Assembly (NCBI RefSeq): GCF_001186125.1 | Contig: NW_014040523.1 | Location: 1-54,347, forward strand | Source: Sphaeroforma arctica JP610 | Lineage: Eukaryota | Reading direction: 5' to 3' | DNA length: 54,347 bases | In this document: positions 46,940 to 54,347 of the stretch, piece after piece | Layout of the letters: every line of letters starts with the position of its first letter | How positions within the stretch are numbered: the first letter of the stretch is position 1 | The notes under the pieces: generated by a model | What the model saw: the letters and a program-made list of their open reading frames with translations, nothing else | What the model was told of the DNA's origin: nothing | The model's database searches: none | Program-made: the position numbers and the translations under genes

Positions 46940-48780
46940 CAGTGCTTAACTTGGACGTTTGGTATGTCCTTGCAATCATCTTTGTGCCAACCGTTAGTAC
47001 CCTTGCAAGTAGTACACTCTTTCATATAGTGTCCAAATTTTGGCTTACCTGGTGCACACTTAACCATCACGTTTAGTGAGGTTGTAACCACACTTCTTGC
47101 AAGGTGCACTCTCTTTTCTTTCTCCCTTTGGTTCAGTAGAAGTAGAGCCTTTACCACTTCCAGCAGTAGTGCGAGGTTTCTTAGTATTACGCGCAGTGTT
47201 ATTCTCTAACGCGGTACGCTTAGCCGGCTCGGTAAAGCTCAAGGTACTAAGTACTCTAGTAGATGGGCTGGTATGCTTTTGAACTATCTTCTCAAAGACA
47301 GACTAAGCCATAGATCGGAAATCACCATAGGTGATAATATCATCATTAACCTTCTTAAAAAGATTAGCCCCCAGAGTCTCCATCATCTGACAAATTAAGA
47401 AATACTTGCCAGTACAGGTACAACCTCCCATCCGAGTGTTCATATGTGTCATATGAGCTAGATCACCTCGAATAGTAGTATTGTTCGCAAAGGACTTGCG
47501 AGACTCTAGAAGTTCACGGCCAAGTGCATCTTCAAAGAAGGCGTTAAGTATATTCTCACGCAACGGCGCCAGGATAAGGCTTTCCAGTTGGGCTCATGGG
47601 CCTTCAAGATAGTTTTCCATTCCTCTGACTCTCAGAAATGAATAAAGGCATTCATCATCTGCTTACCCTTAGGGCTGGCAGACTCCTTAAGTTGATCAAA
47701 GACCTTCAGTGTCTCCACTGTACTCTCATAAGTAGAGTAGTTGACCTCAGCCTTCGCATTTCCTAGCTGCTTTATAAAGCTTGGTTCGAAGCGTTCACGA
47801 GGCTCACACTCAGTGATACCGGCTGCTAGTACCAAGATGGAGTATATCTTCTTTCTCTTGTTATTGATTAGATAGCGAATGTTATCCGCTTTCTTGTCGT
47901 CAAGGTCAGAGTCATTCAATAGACGGTCCTCAAGAACTTACATACCAGAACATAATAGCCTGAGACGATGTTGTCTGGTTCTCACTTCCTCGTCTTCTGA
48001 GCTAGAGTGGGTACTCTCTAGTGATGTATTGGTATAACGATTACCAAAGTCGTGATTACCAAGGTTAGATGGTAAATGATGATCGATGTTATGAAGGTGG
48101 TAGGCTTCATCGATTTCCATACGATCATAGCCTCTGACAGGGTTAGGTTTTTCGAGAGGATGGTCGATTGTAGCTTCCGAGCTATAGGGGTTATATCTTG
48201 AGATTTTACCCACTTTACCAGCGGTAACTGGCTCAGTGGTAACCCTGCTGGCTAGTAAACCAGTGAGTCTCAAATTCGAAACCCGGCTTGGAATATTATT
48301 TTCTTCGGTATAGGAAGAATATCGGCCACGTGGGATATGACCGAAGGGTCAGAAGCTGCGGCAGCGTCTAGCTCCTTTTAAAGCTCATCTTTGTGGTTCT
48401 AATGGCGTCAAGACTAAGAAGATCCAACCACTCGTTGTCGAGTTATAGCGTCCCCAACATTTGCGTCTTCCGCCCCAACATTCATCGGCAAGGCATTCAG
48501 TGGCGAGGCATTTAATGAAATTTCACGAAAAGGAATGACATTAATAGGTGGATTGGGCTGACTTTTAGTAGTAATAAACCGTCGATCTCGAGACGATTCC
48601 TCCACGTGTTCAGGAGATATATCCTTTCCAATATCTGACTTTTCGCGGTCAGATGGCAAGCTGAGGTCCTGGGCTGCCCTAATAGGAGACACATGGACGC
48701 TGGCGAGTCTTTCCGCGGCAGTTGAGACCTCTACTTTTAAGGATTTAGGGTCCAACGAGTCATCCTCAGAGTTTTCCTCA
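46940..48780 (-). pseudogene. Gypsy C gag region
   Basis: Series of broken minus-strand ORFs ending in Cys/His knuckles upstream of the protease. Confidence 0.65.
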
Positions 48781-50405
48781 GAACCAAGTAAATGAGTCAT
48801 ACCAAATACTCAGGTTATTGGAGCCATCAAAGTGAATTTAGAACACTTTACTTGTATTAAATAATTTTAAATACAAATAAAAACCAATGGGTTATCTCAT
48901 TTGATCATGATATTTTAGACTGACCGGAGGCCGTATTTCTACAGCACATACTACTGCCATTCGTGCAGATGCACTGCATACGGGCTGGTAGATGACTAGG
49001 AACATAACAAAGTTTGTGATTAAGTACTCCATTGTAGCTCTACACATGGCATAACATTGGCTCCGGGGCATAGACGACCACCTTTTCATATTAACTGAGA
49101 CATTAGACAATGTTTAGCGTTTATATGCAAAGACTTGGTAATACATGTTATTTCTAGCCTCTCGTAGTAGCCAACTAAAGGAAGCAAAGCTTTACGTAAT
49201 CCATATCAGTCGCTTGACAGCATACTTTGCTGTCGGCAATACAAATGAATGGCCATTTATTCCTATGCATCTCTCAACACTCCTGCACCTACACACTGTC
49301 CGCACGAAAGAAACCCTTTCAGTGTTCTTTGACTCAATCCACTTGACGATGGCCGCTTACTCGGGTTTGACTCGCCGCTCATCGTTATCATCTTCGCGTC
49401 ATTGTACCTCAGTATCTTTAACAGATCGCGATGCAATGGAGGCATCAATCAATGCAAGGATTTCTTTAGGACGTCGATATTCTTTGTCAGTCTCACAAGT
49501 ACATGCCTCACACAATCTATGGTTATAACTTATACGTGAACAGATTCTCTCTAATTGTTTTGTTATTTCTAAAATATATATATATTTGTGTTATTTTGTT
49601 TTTGTTTTGTTTTGTCAGTTTTTGTTTAAAAAAACAAAACGAAAATTGCGTAACGTTGAACACTCCTATTTTTAAAAAATAAATAAATATTTTAGTATCC
49701 TCGACCTCCGGCCTCAGCATTCACTATTCAGATACAATAGATATTTATCGGTGATTCGGTGTACTCTGTCGGTTGTCGCCTGGCTGACGGTGTGCTGAGC
49801 TTGTGCACACGCGTGACGCAGGGGTTCACAACTTCACATTTTAATTGTTAAAATATACGGCCCTCTGGAATCTCAAATCTGGATACAAAATCTATATGTA
49901 ATACTTTTATAAAAATAAAAGAGCTAGAAAAACAGTTGTATGTTGTATTTTATAATCAAATTAGGTTATGCATACATTTATCAAATTAGGTTATGCCTAC
50001 ATATATGTATTTACGCATCGATATATTTAGTAACATCAAGTTTTCTTAGAGCTTTTGTACCCCTCTATCTAGAGCCGCTTGTAGGTATCACGTATTTACA
50101 TAGAATGGATAGAAAGCACAGCGCGCTCGTTGTCATGTACAATAGTGTTTACACTGTATATCATGATATACGATATCAACAGGTCCAAAATTCTGGTAGC
50201 TTCATTACTGAGGTAGAATCGCACGTTCGCACATATTGTGTACAGCCGTGCTGGATTTTAAACAAAGTTTTTTTATAAGATTTTTTCTGTGATCACACCT
50301 GTAAGCAGAAATTGTCTTTTTGTCAGAAGGAAACAAAAACTACTAGCAAAGCGGATGGACGCTATATAACATTGAGACTATTGCAAGCTGCTGAGACAAA
50401 TACAG

Positions 50406-51786
50406 GAAAAAGTTTCGTATTGTGAGTGCAAGTGTTAGCTATCACGAGACGATAATCATGCGACGGCAGGTAAGTATATTGTCTCGAAAGCAGGGGTCTG
50501 TGTGAATGAGCGCTTCACTTGTCTTGTATGTTGAGTGCGAAACTATACTTCCAAAATTACGATAAGAGATCCAACTGTCTTATACTACACCTTTATCAAA
50601 CTAAACAGCAGGTTGACTTGGGTAACGGCAGCTTACGTCCAATAATCACTCTCCCACCACTGCCGAACGCGCCTACCATACTTCCACCTAATGACGCAAC
50701 GAGAACTACGACCGTGAATTCTCCGACTGGCCTTGATGGTACTGTGATCACGACAGCGGAAACGACAACAGCGGGATTCTCATCTACGGATATTGCTACA
50801 ACCGAGTCTTTGATTGATGTATGAATTTTACACGTTCGATCGCTGTATTTTCTTAGCACTCGCACATATTGACATGTAATTTCAGGTGGTGCTTGCTGAA
50901 CTAAACATGCGCTTTTTCCGTAGTTCAATTTCGCTAGTGGGGTTGTAAGAGCAACAATTGCCTGTAGAGTAGCGTAATAATATCCGAACTTTTTATTACC
51001 TTCTTCTACAGTGCGGGCCAAATGGCACATTGCAAAGTGACAACCGGTGTCTCTGCCGTGAAGGTTTCGCCACAAATAATAATCAGGATGCGCTTAGTTT
51101 CGAATACTGTACATTGCCTGTGACCGGCAACAACGCACCCGCTCCAGGAGGAGGTGGCAGCAACGGGAATACTGAAATATCGGTAGGATATATGATCACT
51201 GACAGTGAGGATAAACTTAATTCATACTTAAAATTGCTATTGTCCATATATCGACGCGAATGGGCATATACTGAGCGACCTTACAAGAGGCACACTATCA
51301 TTTTGATCTATATATGCATTTTAACATGTCGTCACTTTTTCTTGTAGAATTGCTGACCTATGTGCATATGATTTTTATAGGACGCAGGTTCTGCGGCATC
51401 GACGTCATCATCCTCCATTGACACAGTCGGCTTGGCCTTTTTAATATTCGGAGTTCTCACCTTTTTGGTGGTGATGGGCATCAGCTGCGTTTTCTGCGCC
51501 AAGTGTTGCTGTAAGAGGTATGTGCTGTGTACATTTCAATTTGCAGTACATAAATTCGGGAGTAGAGAGAAACCTGATATTGGTTGCCACTCACACACAT
51601 TACATGAGTACAATTTAGTTGACCATGAATAAATTGCTTCGCATCACCTGCTTGTCTGATAACAATAGGCGGTACAGAGACAGGAAGCATCGGAAGTACT
51701 CGACAAAAATTCGCCAAACCCCTTTGAAATCCGCCCCAGTCCCCGACCTCGAAGCGCCACGAACCGAACGAGAACTGATTCTCTAA
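50406..51786 (+). CDS. Spliced single-pass membrane protein: Thr/Pro-rich region, EGF-like motif, TM helix, Cys-rich/basic tail (5' end unresolved)
   Basis: Phase-consistent GT-AG exons 50406-50469, 50612-50818, 51012-51182, 51381-51517 and 51669-51786. CGPNGTLQSDNRCLCREGF...C; TM LAFLIFGVLTFLVVMGISCVFC; AKCCCKRRYRDRK; stop TAA at 51784-51786. Confidence 0.72.
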
Positions 51787-53214
51787 TTGAAAAGGACTGG
51801 AGTCATCCTACCTGCAGCTTTAGCCGTGATACACGTGTCACTGGCATATCTAGTGCCAAAGCTATTTGACCTGGGGTAGCAACATAATTATATCGTACCC
51901 TTGAACTAGGTACAGAATATGCTGAAAATTTTACAGCCTCGTTTTTTAGAACCAATCCATGCAACTGGCGTGATGAATTTGATAAGATCTTTATTGGGCT
52001 TTTCTATGAGGGGCTCCGAGAACGATTAAAATATAACGATAAAAGAGTTTCAGGCATGAACAATCGGCATCTTTTATACGCGCATTCCAGCTAGGTATAA
52101 TGCAAGGACGTCACTTTGATAGGATGTGGAGGCACGATCGGGAATATTATGCCATTCATGCACGTCGCCAACCACAACGAAAACTGGCCTCGTCCTGCCT
52201 GTCACATCCGACTTGTCACCTGCCATAGTCACACACTCAATCAGCCACTAATCGTTGTAATTTCACCACAAACTTTGGTGTACACATCCAATAGCCCACG
52301 ATATAAGCCACCGCAAAACAACGCATGATGTCATACGCAGAAGTCAGGACCGCAACTGCCCAGGTGGGGGTGATGAGATTTTGCATTCGGTATACGAGCG
52401 GAGCAGCAACAAACAATGCTATAGGCTTCCCATTGATTGGACAGTGTAAGGCCTCAGATGCACGCTACGAGATCGTAGTTCTGGTCGATACTCGGGCGTG
52501 CGGCATGTCAGCTCAGTTCAACCCGGATATTATCCCCGAAAGTGACTCCGTCATCTGTTAGAAACTCCTTGTATCTGCACGAGTATTAATTTGGCACTAG
52601 CGGCTTGTCGCGACAATGGTTTCTGATCCCGGAGGGTGCTCCTCGTGTCTATTCGTCCCATCTATTCATTTTCTTCATCTACCCATTTGGAAGCTAGATA
52701 TCCAAAATGTGAGATCTTGAATCTCAGAAGTTCCTCAGAGCACACATAAGCCAGTCTCGCCAAGTACAGTGCCGCGGCAATCTCCACGAGCAACAACGTC
52801 CAACTGAGAAACTTAGACCTGGAAAATTCATCAAAAAGTAATAATAAGAATCAATCAACTGATAGTCTAAAAATATTGAACATTGTATGAAATGGAATCA
52901 GAAGTGTTCTCCCTCAGTAAAAGGGAAGTTCAGGCGAAATAGGGATTGTACTTGCGACTCGCGTGCGTGGGAGCAGATGAAGAAAAAAAGGGACAATTAC
53001 GTGACAGAGCGACGAAAAGGCAGATGAAACTCGAGTACATTCGAAGTACGCGATTCGTTAACGAAGAACCAATGCATCTCCAGCCACGACCCGGAACTTT
53101 GTAATCTTCACCAATTCACACAAGAATAATTAAGAATATTTTAGTGATCGCACACTATATAAAAAATTATTGCAAATTTCACGCAGAAGGAATTGTAGGA
53201 GCTCCAAGATGAGA

Positions 53215-53482
53215 AGACACAGTCAATGTAACGAGGAAAAGTGTCTGGACAGTCCCATTCACATCTATATACAGAAAATAGAGATACACAAAAACGAACA
53301 CTATTATCATAATACACGATTAAAAGTGGAACGCATACCAGAAAACACAGTCAATGTAATGAGGAAAAGTGTCTGGACAGACCATATGGACAGACCATTC
53401 ACATTCAAATAAAGAAAATAGAAATACACAGAAACGAACATTCTTATCATAATACACGATTAAAAGTGTATCGCATACCAGC
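53215..53482. repeat. Imperfect tandem duplication, ~130-140-bp units
   Basis: acacagtcaatgtaa...ataatacacgattaaaagtg..cgcataccag occurs twice. Confidence 0.85.
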
Positions 53483-53607
53483 AGAGCAAGATATGAAGTA
53501 CAGTGCTGGCGCCAAATATTAGACTGGATTGCCATGCGTGGAAGCGAATGTAGTCATTCTTTATCTCAAGTACCAGAAACAGAAAACCTGAATACGTAGG
53601 AAGAAAT

Positions 53608-53726
53608 AAAATATCGAATGAAAACATTGGTGATCGTGAAATGAGTTTCTGACGGCGGAGAAAATATCGAATGAAAACATTGGTGATCGTGAAATGAGTT
53701 TCTGACGGCGGAGAAAATATCGAATG
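53608..53726. repeat. Tandem duplication, ~53-bp unit
   Basis: aaaatatcgaatgaaaacattggtgatcgtgaaatgagtttctgacggcggag twice, plus a partial third. Confidence 0.9.
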
Positions 53727-54084
53727 TATAGTCTTAAAAAACTATTGTTAATTTCGGAAAGTACCTATGGGGCATCCAAAATTTAGACCTATAAAAAAAA
53801 TCGTGGAAGAGATTCATATGTGTACCCCTACGATTGTATTATATATACCAGATAGTCTATATATTCGCAAGTTGATAGTTCATATATTAAATGGACATTG
53901 CATTCGTTATAGTGAAAAATATAAAAATTAACACCCACAAACACACGAAGAAAAAACAAATACGAATAGTTCATAATAAATGAATTCAACGATCATGTCT
54001 ATTGTCTCTTTTTAGAGAGCTTTCCCCCACAAATATCTATATTTTCTTCAATATCTAAAATTAAATCTATTTTTACAGGAATAA

Positions 54085-54153
54085 GTATATATATATATAT
54101 ATATATATATAAATACAAATATATACGCATATATATATATATACGCATATATA

Positions 54154-54228
<75 letters not shown>

Positions 54229-54340
54229 GTATATACATTTTAAGATACATAAATATAAATATACATATACATATTTATATGTATATAAATACATACATAT
54301 ATACATATGTATATACATACATACATCCATCCATCCATCT
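54085..54340. repeat. (TA)n/(TACA)n microsatellite
   Basis: Dinucleotide and tetranucleotide runs. Confidence 0.95.
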
Positions 54341-54347
54341 ATAGATC

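Larger units (their letters stand above)
41780..48943 (-). mobile_element. Ty3/Gypsy chromovirus-like element C with 4-bp TSD GCAC; 5' LTR partly deleted
   Basis: 3' LTR at 41780-42374, PPT ctgggggcta at 42375-42384, 5' LTR remnant ~48784-48943; GCAC at 41776-41779 and 48944-48947. gag knuckle CTTCKGTNGWHKDDC, RT YLDD, RH TDASD..KQELL, MTase, INT, chromodomain-like YYKTRFMDGAVTW. Confidence 0.94.
40298..49500 (-). mobile_element. Harbinger/ISL2EU-like DDE transposase remnant (40298-41779 and ~48948-49500), split by Gypsy C
   Basis: CPGSATDNDIV, QIAVYRIHIERNNEKLQDY, YGNKHETTARL, and THAP-like RRIP...KIATCHYRDD. The reading continues across the GCAC TSD. The right boundary is approximate and no TIRs were found. 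Confidence 0.7.

Noticed and set aside
36900..49870. Terminal inverted repeats for the Harbinger/ISL2EU-like element
   Set aside because: Only weak partial matches (for example ~37000 versus ~49700) and no TSD.
52116..52700. Possible gene in a moderately GC-rich stretch
   Set aside because: All frames are short or interrupted, with no recognisable motif or consistent splice model.

Overview
Eukaryotic, transposon-dense window with spliceosomal introns, (AT)n microsatellites at both ends and a 20-N gap at 31257-31276. About 4.5-49.5 kb is a nest of decayed mobile elements whose insertion order can be read from exact target-site duplications (TSDs). It holds four Ty3/Gypsy LTR elements (A ~5.9-15.8 kb minus, B 20042-28671 plus, C 41780-48943 minus, D remnant ~33.1-34.6 kb minus), a Ty1/Copia element (~16.1-31.2 kb minus, split by Gypsy B), a second Copia remnant and three solo LTRs. 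It also holds an APE/RT non-LTR element with two further fragments, a DIRS/Ngaro-like remnant, and a Harbinger/ISL2EU-like transposase remnant facing an Exo1/XPG-SAP-SWIM pseudogene. Likely host genes are confined to the flanks: an unknown Ser-rich protein at ~1.1-2.3 kb and a spliced single-pass EGF-like membrane protein at ~50.4-51.8 kb. The main finding is that all four Gypsy elements and the larger Copia element carry a Dam-like DNA N6-adenine methyltransferase domain (DW.L...D(L/M)FA...NPPW) inside pol. This domain is classically associated with DIRS elements, not with integrase-encoding LTR retrotransposons. All calls were made by eye; no database searches were run.
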